Assembly: GCA_038891095.1 (NCBI GenBank)
Contig: JAWAEV010000001.1
Location: 318,705 to 382,704, forward strand
DNA: 64,000 bases
From: Candidatus Altiarchaeota archaeon
Lineage (GTDB): Archaea; Altiarchaeota; Altiarchaeia; IMC4; QMZM01
Reading direction: 5' to 3'
Program-made: the position numbers and the translations under genes
The notes under the pieces: model-generated
The model's database searches: none
What the model saw: the letters and a program-made list of their open reading frames with translations, nothing else
What the model was told of the DNA's origin: nothing
Shown here: in pieces, positions 22,024 through 31,262 of the stretch
Layout of the letters: the number at the start of each line of letters is the position of its first letter
Position numbering within the stretch: position 1 is the stretch's first letter

Positions 22024-22626
22024 TTATGTAAATATTCCTTGCTCTCTGCATTCAAATTTTTCAATGCCCGTTGTTGTTTTAGTTATTTTCTCATATAACG
22101 AATTTCCTTTTGAATCAATAGCAACTATTAAAGGACCAAAATTTTTAACTTCAAGCTCATAAACAGCTTCTGCTAAGCCTAAATCCTCCCAATAAACATT
22201 TTTTATTTTTTTAATCTGTTTAGTTGTAATAGCTCCACAACCACCAGTCATTGCTAAATAAACACAAGAATTCTTCATTGCTTTTACAACTTCTCCACTC
22301 ATACCACCTTTACCAATTATTGCTCTAATTTTGAATTTTTTTATTATCTTCTTAGCATAGGGGTTTAGCCTTGTTGAAGTTGTAGGTCCAATTGAGAAAA
22401 TTCTAAAATTGTTTTTTTCTTTTTTTGCTATTGGTCCAGAATGGAGAATAACAGAATTTTTCAATTTGAAAGGCAGTTCTTTTCTTTTTTCCAAAAATTT
22501 TAAAATTCTGATGTGTGCTTTATCTCTTGCTGTAAAAATTATTCCTGAAATATATACTATATCAGCAACTTTTAGCTCTTTTATTCTTTCTTCGTTTATA
22601 GGAACATTTAATTTGAATTTTTTCAT
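22024..22626 (-). CDS. class I fumarate hydratase, beta subunit
   Basis: TARDKAH, GPTTS.R, IGKGG, DLG..EA, GPLIVAIDSKG. Confidence 0.93.
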   Translation of the reverse strand: MKKFKLNVPINEERIKELKVADIVYISGIIFTARDKAHIRILKFLEKRKELPFKLKNSVILHSGPIAKKEKNNFRIFSIGPTTSTRLNPYAKKIIKKFKIRAIIGKGGMSGEVVKAMKNSCVYLAMTGGCGAITTKQIKKIKNVYWEDLGLAEAVYELEVKNFGPLIVAIDSKGNSLYEKITKTTTGIEKFECREQGIFT

Positions 22627-22627
22627 T

Positions 22628-23491
22628 CTATGAAAATTTAACTTTTCCATTTGAGGAGATTCTAACATTTGCTCTTCTCATTGCCCAACATCCAAAAGAA
22701 ATAGCAATTGGCAAACTTGCTATATGAGTATCTGCAGTTTCTATCGCAACTTTCAAACAAGTTATATCACCACCTAAACCCATTGTACCAATTCCTAATT
22801 TATTTATCTCATTTAAAATTTCTTCTTCAAGTTTTGCAATCTCTCTATTCTTATTTTTTTCATCTAATTTCCTTAGTAATGCTATCTTAGCTAACTTCAT
22901 TGCTTGTTCTGAGCTGCCACCAATACCAACTCCGAGAATTATTGGCGGACAAGAATTTTTTGATTTCTCTTTAACTTTTTCAAGAATGAATTTTTTTATT
23001 CCTTCAGTAGTTTCATTTGGACTTAGATTTTTATAGGAATTCATATTTTCAGAACCAGCACCTTTAGCAATTAAACTTATTTCAATTTCTCTTTTATTTG
23101 GGATAAATTCGAAATTTATCTCTGGCTGCTTATTTCCCAAATTTGAATTTCTTGGCTTTCTATTTATTGCATCAACTAAATTTTCTCTCAGTGGAATTTT
23201 TTTTGTTGCGATTACTATTGCACTTTTTATTGCTCTCTCAATCTCTGTAATCTTTGTTTCATCACCAAGTCTTACATAAAATGTAAGAAGTCCTGTATCC
23301 TGACAAATTGGTAAAGAATTTTTCCTTGCAAATTTTACATTCTTTAAAATTTCTCCTAATTGGATTCTCGCTAATTCATTTGTTTCTCTTTTATAAGCCT
23401 CTCTTAACTTTTTTTCAACATCTCTTGGTAATGAAGTTTCCACTCTCTTAATCAATTCAAAAATTTCATTAACAAGCTTTGTCTTTTTCAT
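22628..23491 (-). CDS. class I fumarate hydratase, alpha subunit
   Basis: PICQDTG, KGAGSEN, CPP..LGVGIGG, HIASLP, CWA.R. Confidence 0.95.
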   Translation of the reverse strand: MKKTKLVNEIFELIKRVETSLPRDVEKKLREAYKRETNELARIQLGEILKNVKFARKNSLPICQDTGLLTFYVRLGDETKITEIERAIKSAIVIATKKIPLRENLVDAINRKPRNSNLGNKQPEINFEFIPNKREIEISLIAKGAGSENMNSYKNLSPNETTEGIKKFILEKVKEKSKNSCPPIILGVGIGGSSEQAMKLAKIALLRKLDEKNKNREIAKLEEEILNEINKLGIGTMGLGGDITCLKVAIETADTHIASLPIAISFGCWAMRRANVRISSNGKVKFS

Positions 23492-25107
23492 GGATATTCT
23501 ATACTACTTCTGTATAAAATTGAAAATATTGGTAATATGAAGAATAGTATTGCAAAGACAAATTTAATTTCATATGTAAGGCCTAAAATGTTCTCTTTCA
23601 AGAGATAAAACCCATTGACTGCCCCTAAGATAAAGCCAATTAATGCTCCACCAAGTACATCCACAATAGAGTGAACTCTTAGCTTAACTCTTGAATAAAC
23701 ATAGAGAACTCCTAATGGCAAAAGAATTAAAGATAAAAAAGGCCCTGCTCTTGGGATAAAGTAAACAAATGTTATTGCACCAATTGAAGTAAGGGAATGT
23801 AAAGAAGGGAATCCATACTTTACTATTGGTGTGTTAATATAAGGCACTTTCCTTTCTGTTTTGAATATATACTTTAGAATAAGACCTATTATCACTGAGG
23901 AAATTATGAATATTAAAGCTGAAGAGAATATATGAAAAATTTCATCAATTTTTGGATAGAGATATGAAGCGTACATAAGAGCAATTAAAAGAAATGGTAC
24001 CTCTGGCATTTTGTCTATAAAGTTGTAAATAGCAAAATTTTTACTTTCTTTATCAACAAATTTTTTAAATTTTATTGTAAAAATCTGCTCACTCTTTTCT
24101 TTATCTCCTTTTTTTATTATGCGCTCATAGTATGGTAAGTAAATAAAATGGCTAAATGAAACTTCAGCATTAAAAGTTTTACTTAGCATGTCTCTTACTT
24201 TTTCAGGATCATAATTTTTTTTCTCAGGTTTAAAATTTTCTGGCAAGTTATTTGATTTTTGTAGATATGCATCTAGATTATATGAACTTTTAATTTTTGT
24301 TAATTTTCTATTTAGAATAACATACTTTTTTGTAGCAATTTTAGAGGCATAAGAAATTTCAGTTGGTTTCATCTTTAGAATCTCTGCAAAAGAATCTGTT
24401 AGTATTATAATTATCGAGAGAAGTTCATCAGCTATAACCTGGAGAATGCCTCTTCCATATGTTTTTACTTTAATAAGTTCATTGCTTTCCAAAATAGAAA
24501 GCTCCTCCTTAGGAATTTCTTCATAACTCAAAGCTTTTTTAACTGAAATGTCAAAAAGAATTTTTCTTGCTGATTCTGGAAGCTGTAAAACTCTTTTCAA
24601 GTATTCTTCCTTTGAAATTTTATTTCCATCCAACTTATAAATTTCAGCTGTAGTTAGATCAACATAAAGCTTATCTTTTCTGTCTTTTTCTCTTATTTCG
24701 TAAACTCCAAGAACTCTTGCTTTTCTTTCTATTTTCTCATCCGCTGTTGGGAGTATATCAGTAGAAAAACATTCAGAAATTTCCTCCTCTTTCTCTTCAA
24801 CTTCAAGTTCACTTTCATTAAGAACTGCAATAAAATGCTCTCTTGCAAATTTTTCTAAATTCTCTTTCAATGGAAATTTAGTTATAATTAGACCTTTATC
24901 TGCTTTATTTGTATTTATGAATAAAAGGAAATTTTCAAGTTCTTCTATAGATAAGTCCTGTTCATTTACTAATATAGCAACTTTTGATATGGCTCCAAAA
25001 GCATCTTCACATTCAGCAATGTACCTATGCTCAGGAAAATTGTTTATTGATATTAAGAATAGATTAAATTTTTCTTTAAGTAAATTTTTGATAGAATTTT
25101 CATCCAT
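23488..25107 (-). CDS. fusion: restriction-endonuclease-like (Mrr-type) N-domain + unknown domain + C-terminal PAP2 membrane phosphatase
   Basis: C-terminal KYIFKTER, FPSLH and SRVKLRVHSIVD are PAP2 motifs 1-3 within TM helices; N-terminal EELENF...KADKGLIIT....FAREH.I.VL resembles Mrr_cat. Confidence 0.7.
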   Translation of the reverse strand: MDENSIKNLLKEKFNLFLISINNFPEHRYIAECEDAFGAISKVAILVNEQDLSIEELENFLLFINTNKADKGLIITKFPLKENLEKFAREHFIAVLNESELEVEEKEEEISECFSTDILPTADEKIERKARVLGVYEIREKDRKDKLYVDLTTAEIYKLDGNKISKEEYLKRVLQLPESARKILFDISVKKALSYEEIPKEELSILESNELIKVKTYGRGILQVIADELLSIIIILTDSFAEILKMKPTEISYASKIATKKYVILNRKLTKIKSSYNLDAYLQKSNNLPENFKPEKKNYDPEKVRDMLSKTFNAEVSFSHFIYLPYYERIIKKGDKEKSEQIFTIKFKKFVDKESKNFAIYNFIDKMPEVPFLLIALMYASYLYPKIDEIFHIFSSALIFIISSVIIGLILKYIFKTERKVPYINTPIVKYGFPSLHSLTSIGAITFVYFIPRAGPFLSLILLPLGVLYVYSRVKLRVHSIVDVLGGALIGFILGAVNGFYLLKENILGLTYEIKFVFAILFFILPIFSILYRSSIEYP

Positions 25108-25156
25108 TGTTAGAAATTATGTTCAGAAGTTAAATATAGTATCAAGAGCGTTAATA

Positions 25157-26005
25157 TTACTTTTCAGAAAAAATCTCTCTTATCTTTGCAATACTTCCAA
25201 GTATGCTGGATGTTTCAATTGGAAGGAAAATTTTTGTTGCTTTTCCATCTGCTATCTTTTCCAAAGTTTCAAGATATTTAACTGCTATTAAATCATTTGT
25301 TGGGACTCCCCTATGAATAGCATCATATACCATATGAATTGCTTTGCTTTTTCCTTCTGCTTCTAATATCGCAGCTTGCTTTTCACCTTCTGCTTTTAAA
25401 ATTGCTGCTTGTTTAAAACCTTCTGCTTCTAATATTGCTGCTCTTCGCATTCTTTCAGCTTTCATTTGTTTAGTCATTGCATCTGCGATATCTTTTGGTG
25501 GTTCAATTTTCTTTATTTCAACCTTAGTAATTTTTAAACCCCATTCATCAGTTACTTTCTCTAAGGTTTGTGTTAGAGTTAAATTTATTGAATCTCTTGA
25601 AGATAGTGTTTGATCCAAATCCATTGCACCAATAGTATTCCTTAAGGCAGTTTGAGCTAACATAGATGTCGCAAGAGAAAAATTTTCTATATTGTATATT
25701 GACTTTTTAGGATCAAATATTCTGAAATAGATAACTGCATCAGCAATAACAGTTGCGTTGTCCTTAGTAATAACCTCTTGTGGAGGCACATCAATAATTC
25801 TCTCTCTTATATCAACAACATATAGCTTCTCTATAAACGGGAGAACAAAAACAATTCCTTGATCAACTGTTTTTTTATATTTACCAAAACGCTCTATAAT
25901 GCCTCTCTCAAAAGGGCGTATAACTTTAATATTTCTCACTACCAAAAATACTAAAACAATTGTTAATATAAGAAAAAAAAATATGAATAATTGTAAAAGT
26001 GCCAT
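25157..26005 (-). CDS. SPFH/Band 7 (stomatin/QmcA-like) membrane protein
   Basis: N-terminal TM, ERFGKY, PPQEVITKDN, QMKAER..RAAILEAEG. Confidence 0.95.
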   Translation of the reverse strand: MALLQLFIFFFLILTIVLVFLVVRNIKVIRPFERGIIERFGKYKKTVDQGIVFVLPFIEKLYVVDIRERIIDVPPQEVITKDNATVIADAVIYFRIFDPKKSIYNIENFSLATSMLAQTALRNTIGAMDLDQTLSSRDSINLTLTQTLEKVTDEWGLKITKVEIKKIEPPKDIADAMTKQMKAERMRRAAILEAEGFKQAAILKAEGEKQAAILEAEGKSKAIHMVYDAIHRGVPTNDLIAVKYLETLEKIADGKATKIFLPIETSSILGSIAKIREIFSEK

Positions 26006-26136
26006 TTTTTATATTAACATGTGACAATTTATATAGAGAATTGATGAATAAAAATTAAATTTTTATATGCTTTTAAGATTTAGCTTATTAATTTCTGCTT
26101 CAATAGATTTTATATCCACATAAGATTAATTAAAAA

Positions 26137-26562
26137 ATGAGGATAGAGTTGAGATATAGAAACATAGAAGCCAGGAGATTTTCATTTGCAAATATGCCAG
26201 TCGACATAAATAATAACTCTACTGTTGTTTCTGTTTTGGAAGATGAAGGGAATCTAAAGGTTGACTTTGTTTTCACTTCAAATTATGAACCAAATGTAGG
26301 ACTTATAAGAATTGAAGGGGAGTTAATAGTCAACGATACTAAAGAGAATATAAAGAAAGTTATTGAAGAATGGAAAAAGTCAAATAACAAAAACTTACCT
26401 GAAAATTTTGCTGAAGAGATACATAATGCCATACTTACAAATTGTATTGTTGAAGCGACAATACTTTCAAGAGATGTCCAATTGCCAATACCAATACCTA
26501 CTCCAAAAATATCAATAAAAGAAAAAAAGCAAAAAAATGAGGAAAGAGTTTATATAAGGTAA
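26137..26562 (+). CDS. conserved hypothetical archaeal protein
   Basis: 141-aa ORF leading the L31e-aIF6 run; F.FTS.Y.P..G.I.IEG and C-terminal LP.P.P.P. Confidence 0.75.
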   Translation: MRIELRYRNIEARRFSFANMPVDINNNSTVVSVLEDEGNLKVDFVFTSNYEPNVGLIRIEGELIVNDTKENIKKVIEEWKKSNNKNLPENFAEEIHNAILTNCIVEATILSRDVQLPIPIPTPKISIKEKKQKNEERVYIR

Positions 26563-26563
26563 A

Positions 26564-26836
26564 ATGAAAAAGAAGGAAAAAACGCAAAAGGAAGATGAAA
26601 GGGTTTATATGGTACCATTAGGTAATGCATTTCAAACTCCAAAAACAAGGAGAGCAAGAAAAGCGATAAATATGATTAGAGAATTTCTGAAAAGACACAC
26701 AAAAACAGAAAATATAAAAATTGACGCTTCACTAAATGAAAAAATTTGGGAGAGGGGTATAAAAAAACCTCCAAGAAGAATAAAAGTGAAGGTTATAAAA
26801 AAAGATACTGAAACAATTGCAAGTCTTGCTGAATAA
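26564..26836 (+). CDS. rpl31e: 50S ribosomal protein L31e
   Basis: ERVY.VPL, RARKAI..IREFL.RH, LNEKIWERGI.KPP.RI.V. Confidence 0.97.
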   Translation: MKKKEKTQKEDERVYMVPLGNAFQTPKTRRARKAINMIREFLKRHTKTENIKIDASLNEKIWERGIKKPPRRIKVKVIKKDTETIASLAE

Positions 26837-26837
26837 A

Positions 26838-27488
26838 ATGCATTTTCAACAATTAAGTATTAATGGTGAAGACTTTATTGGTTTATTTGGATTAGCAACT
26901 GACAGCTATGCTTTACTCTCTGTAAATTTTCCAAAAATTTTTGTTTTAGATGTCCCAGAAATTAGGACAAAAATTTATGGTAGTGGTCTAATAGGGCTTT
27001 TTTGCGCTGGTAATTCTAATGGTTTGTTATTGCCATACTTTGTATCAAGGGAAAATTTATCATTTTTCAAAAAATCTCTGAAAGATGTAAATATAGCTCT
27101 TCTAAATTCTGAGTATACTGCAATTGGAAATTTAATTGCCTGTAATGATAAAGCAGCAATTGTTAGTGATAGACTTGACAAGAAAGATATTGATTTAATT
27201 TCAAATGTGCTAAATGTTGAGGTTTTTCAGAGAAAAATTTCTGAGCATAGTGAAGTTGGCTCTTGTTGTGTTGCTACAAATAAGGGCTTTATTGCTCATT
27301 GGAACGCTGAGAATGAAATAAAAGAGCTAGAAGAAATTTTTAAGGTCCCTGGAAGTGTTAGTACTGTAAATTTTGGTTTTCCATTCCCAAGAGCAGGGAT
27401 AATAGCAAATTCTAATGGCTATATAGTAGGTAAAACCACATCTGGAATTGAGTTAGGTCGCATAGATGAAGCCTTAGGTTTTTTGTAG
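26838..27488 (+). CDS. eif6: translation initiation factor 6 (aIF6)
   Basis: GNSNG.LLP, GNLI.CND, VGS..VATNKG, TVNFG, TSGIELGRI..ALG. Confidence 0.95.
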   Translation: MHFQQLSINGEDFIGLFGLATDSYALLSVNFPKIFVLDVPEIRTKIYGSGLIGLFCAGNSNGLLLPYFVSRENLSFFKKSLKDVNIALLNSEYTAIGNLIACNDKAAIVSDRLDKKDIDLISNVLNVEVFQRKISEHSEVGSCCVATNKGFIAHWNAENEIKELEEIFKVPGSVSTVNFGFPFPRAGIIANSNGYIVGKTTSGIELGRIDEALGFL

Positions 27489-27493
27489 ATGAA

Positions 27494-28585
27494 ATGCAAA
27501 AAACTGGAATAGCAAACTTACCATTGCATTATGGAAAAGCTCCAAAATGGCTTTTTCAAAGGATGGTAGAACTCTCTGCGAAAATTTCCGAAATTATAAT
27601 CTATGAATATTCACAAGAAGAATTTTTAAAAAGACTTTCGGATCCTTACTGGTTTCAGGCATTTTCTTGTGTTTTGGGTTATGACTGGCACAGCTCTGGA
27701 ACAACTACTGTGACATGTGGTGCACTAAAAGAAGCACTTAAAAAAGAAAATTTAGGAGTTGCTGTCTGCGGAGGAAAAGGAAAGGTATCAAGAAAAACTC
27801 CTGATGAAATAATTTTAAATGCAGAAAATTTTTCATTATCTACAGAAAAAATAGATAAGTTAAAATATGCAAGTAAAATGGCTGCAAAAGTTGATAACTG
27901 TTGCATTCAAGATTGCTATCAACTTTATCATCATTCATTTTTCTTTGATGAAAAAGGAAATTGGGCTGTTGTTCAGCAAGGTATGAATGATAACTTTGCA
28001 AGAAGATATCATTGGCTTTCTTCTGACTTAGGTAGCTTTGTAAATGAGCCTCATACTGCTATATGCTGTGAAAGAAAAGAAAAAGATGTGTTAGATATGA
28101 CTGCCAAAAACTCTGAAGAAGCAAGAAAAATTTCTGTTGATCTTGTTAATGAAAATCCGGAGAAATTACTAAAATTTTCAGGAAAACAAAAAACTCTTTC
28201 TTGCTATGAAGAACTTACAATGCCTCGTCATCACGAAATTTATAGAATTGATCTAAAAAAGCAAGATATTGAAGCCTTAAAGAAAGCTTATGAAATTCAA
28301 CCAAAAAATTATGAAGAGCTAGTTTCATTGCAAGGGATTGGAGCTAAAAGAATTAGAGCTCTTGCGTTAATCTCAGAATTGATTTATGGTGCTAAGCCAT
28401 CATGGCAAGATCCTGTGAAATTTTCATTTTCGCATGGCGGAAAAGATGGCTCTCCTTTCCCAGTAAAGAGAAAAATTTATGATAAGTCAATCTCAACTTT
28501 AAAAGAAGCAATAGAGCAAGCAAAAATTGGGAATAAGGAAAAACTCTATGCTATAAAAAGACTAAATGAATTTTTACATTGCTGA
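27494..28585 (+). CDS. DUF763 domain protein
   Basis: LPLHYGKAP.WLF.RM, DWHSSGTTT, HGGKDG.PFPV. Confidence 0.92.
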   Translation: MQKTGIANLPLHYGKAPKWLFQRMVELSAKISEIIIYEYSQEEFLKRLSDPYWFQAFSCVLGYDWHSSGTTTVTCGALKEALKKENLGVAVCGGKGKVSRKTPDEIILNAENFSLSTEKIDKLKYASKMAAKVDNCCIQDCYQLYHHSFFFDEKGNWAVVQQGMNDNFARRYHWLSSDLGSFVNEPHTAICCERKEKDVLDMTAKNSEEARKISVDLVNENPEKLLKFSGKQKTLSCYEELTMPRHHEIYRIDLKKQDIEALKKAYEIQPKNYEELVSLQGIGAKRIRALALISELIYGAKPSWQDPVKFSFSHGGKDGSPFPVKRKIYDKSISTLKEAIEQAKIGNKEKLYAIKRLNEFLHC

Positions 28586-28840
28586 CTATTCTAAAATTTT
28601 GTAAACAACATCATTTGGTCTGACTCTTTCATTTACTTTAATACCAATTTCTTGTCCGGCTTTTGCTACTTGGACTGGATTTCTTTCAATTTGCATCGAC
28701 TCAACAACTTGCTCTATATTAGTTGTATGCCCCTCAATTGAAATTTTATCCCCAACTCTAAGCTCTTCTTCAAGTTTTATCCCAGCAACTCCAACTTTGG
28801 AAAAATATGTAAAAACAACTCCAACTCTTTTCTTTTCCAT
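28586..28840 (-). CDS. small translation-factor beta-barrel-like protein (EF-Tu domain II / U32 C-terminal-like)
   Basis: VG.V..YFSKVGVA.I, L.VGD.I.I.G.TT...Q.VESMQI, VRPND.VY; start taken at MEKKRV. Confidence 0.85.
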   Translation of the reverse strand: MEKKRVGVVFTYFSKVGVAGIKLEEELRVGDKISIEGHTTNIEQVVESMQIERNPVQVAKAGQEIGIKVNERVRPNDVVYKILE

Positions 28841-28887
28841 TTTTATTTTTAATTTGTTATAGTTAAAATAGGGATAGAAAATATAAA

Positions 28888-29157
28888 ATGCAAATTGAAA
28901 TTGCAGATATATTAAATTTTGTTTATTTAATTTATAACGCCCTCCGCAAAGGAATTCAATTAATTCTTGAAGAAACAATAATAAAGGCTTCTCCTAAATT
29001 AGCAGAAAAATATGCAGACGCTCTCTCATTGTTAATAACAATAACTGCAATTTGGCTCATAATAGAATTCTCAACAAGTTTGAAGAATATTGTAAAGGCG
29101 GTTGTTATTTTTGGTTGGATTTTACTTATAATTAGTATTGCAATAAGTATTTTTTAA
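28888..29157 (+). CDS. hypothetical small membrane protein
   Basis: 89 aa with two C-terminal hydrophobic helices. Confidence 0.65.
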   Translation: MQIEIADILNFVYLIYNALRKGIQLILEETIIKASPKLAEKYADALSLLITITAIWLIIEFSTSLKNIVKAVVIFGWILLIISIAISIF

Positions 29158-29159
29158 AT

Positions 29160-29338
29160 TTAGCACCTCGATATATTTTTTGACCCATCTATTCAAAGAC
29201 TTAAAACATTTTATCAGTTCTTTTCCTGAGATTGTTAAAGAGTACTCGACTCGGGAATCCTATTAAAACCTCTCTAAAAGATTTCCATTTCTTTCCTAAA
29301 ATTTTTATTATATTAGTTAGAGGGCATGTTTTTTCCAT
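29160..29338 (-). pseudogene. decayed HxlR/DUF24 (MarR-type) regulator
   Basis: The minus strand gives MEKTCPLTNIIKILGKKWK (HxlR N-terminus), then in another frame RVEYSLTISGKELIKCFKSLNRW (HxlR C-terminus); the central HTH is missing and the frame is shifted. Confidence 0.75.
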
Positions 29339-29408
29339 CTTTGTTATTTTTCTTTTTTTGAGATATTTTCATGATATATGCTCTTCATTTTTTGTTGTTA
29401 ATATTTAA

Positions 29409-29423
29409 GTATACATTATATAT
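29409..29423. promoter_or_regulatory. GTATA-N5-TATAT operator-like site
   Basis: GTATAcattaTATAT between the HxlR remnant and cytochrome b5; matches sites at 38089 and 54144. Confidence 0.5.
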
Positions 29424-29489
29424 TTACTTTAAAAAGGTAATTAACAATACTATAAAAAGTTACTATTAGGTATTAGGGGGAATTAAAAA

Positions 29490-29894
29490 ATGGGAACAGG
29501 AAATTTGATAAAAGGAATTTTGGTATTTGCAGTTGTTATAATTGTTGGATTAGGTATTTGGTTTTTTGTTATAAACACAGGAAACACTTCAAAAACATCT
29601 CCTCCCGAAACAGACCTTAGTGAAGTGAAATTCTACACTTTGCAAGATGTCTCAAAGCATAACACGAAGGAAGATTGTTGGATGGTGATTGATAAGAGGG
29701 TATATGATGTCACAAATTTTATTGCTCTTGGGAAGCATGGTCCTGCAATACTAGAAGGCTGCGGAAAAGATGCAACTAAATTATTTAACAGTAGGACAAG
29801 GGATGATGGAACAAAAATTGGTTCTGGAACACCACACTCAGAAACTGCAAGAAATCTCACAAGAAATTATTACATTGGAAACTTGAAAGAATAG
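29490..29894 (+). CDS. membrane-anchored cytochrome b5-like heme-binding protein
   Basis: N-terminal TM; YT..DV.KHN...DCW.VI...VYDVT.F...H......CGKDAT..F, HS..A.......IG. Confidence 0.92.
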   Translation: MGTGNLIKGILVFAVVIIVGLGIWFFVINTGNTSKTSPPETDLSEVKFYTLQDVSKHNTKEDCWMVIDKRVYDVTNFIALGKHGPAILEGCGKDATKLFNSRTRDDGTKIGSGTPHSETARNLTRNYYIGNLKE

Positions 29895-29922
29895 ATGGAA
29901 AGAATATGATATTTTTTATACA

Positions 29923-31245
29923 ATGAAAAGAGAGGATAAAAACAAAATAGTAAAAACAATCATATTTGTTTCCATATCTTTTTCTCTATTTTTTATTTTT
30001 TATACTGTTTTTGCCCATACAAATTCCAGTAGGGTCTCAGCAAACTATTTTTTGTATTTAATGGGAAGATTAATGGGCCTTATCAGTTTTCTTTTTTTGT
30101 CTATTCTTATAATTTCTGGTGACACAGCAAGATTCTTTGATAGATTTTTTGGGATGGATAGGATAATAAAATTTCAGAGAAAATTTTCTTTGATAATTTG
30201 TATATTTGTTGTACTGCATCCTGTATTTTTTATTGCAGCAGAGAGTGTACCTGCTCTTGATTATCTGCTGCCAAACTTCTCAGTACTTCCTTTAGCTTTG
30301 GGCACATTGTCTTTTTATATTTTTATTGTTATACTGATAGCATCAAGACTATATAAGAGAATATCATATGATGGATGGCAATATCTCCATGTTCTGACAT
30401 ATATTCTTTTCTTTTTCGTTTTGTATCATGCTGTAAATATTGGTTCTTCTTACAATTCCTCGGCACTTGTAAAAACAATTTATTTTTTCATGTTGATTTT
30501 TGTGTTGATAGGTATAGTATATAGAACAAATTATAAGCTCAAGCAAAGAGGTTTGAAATTTTTTGTTAAAAATATTGAATGGGAAACAAAAGACGCTTTT
30601 ACTTTAACTTTAAAGCCAAACAAACAATTTTCATTCAAAGCAGGACAATTTTGTTTTTTGAGACTGAAAAAAGATAAGTTGTATGCAAGACATCCATTTA
30701 CAATATCTAGCTCTCCAAAGGAAGAAAATTTGAGCTTTACAATGAAGTTGACAGGTAGATTTACAAAAGCGGCTTCGGAGTTAAAAAAAGGGGAAGAAGT
30801 TATTGTAGACGGTCCTTTTGGTATATTCACAATTGAAGATCATGAAAAAGACTTAGTATTCATTGCAGGCGGTGTTGGAATTGCTCCTTTTATGAGTATG
30901 ATAAAAAATCAACTTGAGAGTGAGAAAAAACAGAACGTCCTTTTGTTGTATGGCTCAAAAACGAAAGACGATATAATATTCAAAAAACAATTGGATAGTG
31001 TAAAAAAGGTTTGGTTTAAGAAAGTGTATGTGTTGGATAAAGTTGATAGTAATGATACTTCTACAGAAAAATTTGAAAAAGGGCCTATAAGAAAAGAAAT
31101 GATAGAAAGTTATGTTAAAGATGTGAAAAATTCATTGTTTTACATTTGTGGTCCAGAACCTATGAAGGAATATGTGAAAAAAATATTGCTATCCGAACTA
31201 AAAGTCAGTAAAAATAACATAAGGATTGAAAGTTTCTTTTGGTGA
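29923..31245 (+). CDS. ferric reductase-like TM domain + FAD/NAD(P)H-binding oxidoreductase
   Basis: TM His residues (VVLHP, WQYLH, LYHA), HPFTISS, DGPFG, IAGGVGIAP, YICGP, terminal ESF. Confidence 0.9.
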   Translation: MKREDKNKIVKTIIFVSISFSLFFIFYTVFAHTNSSRVSANYFLYLMGRLMGLISFLFLSILIISGDTARFFDRFFGMDRIIKFQRKFSLIICIFVVLHPVFFIAAESVPALDYLLPNFSVLPLALGTLSFYIFIVILIASRLYKRISYDGWQYLHVLTYILFFFVLYHAVNIGSSYNSSALVKTIYFFMLIFVLIGIVYRTNYKLKQRGLKFFVKNIEWETKDAFTLTLKPNKQFSFKAGQFCFLRLKKDKLYARHPFTISSSPKEENLSFTMKLTGRFTKAASELKKGEEVIVDGPFGIFTIEDHEKDLVFIAGGVGIAPFMSMIKNQLESEKKQNVLLLYGSKTKDDIIFKKQLDSVKKVWFKKVYVLDKVDSNDTSTEKFEKGPIRKEMIESYVKDVKNSLFYICGPEPMKEYVKKILLSELKVSKNNIRIESFFW

Positions 31246-31262
31246 GTTCCATATCTTAAAAA

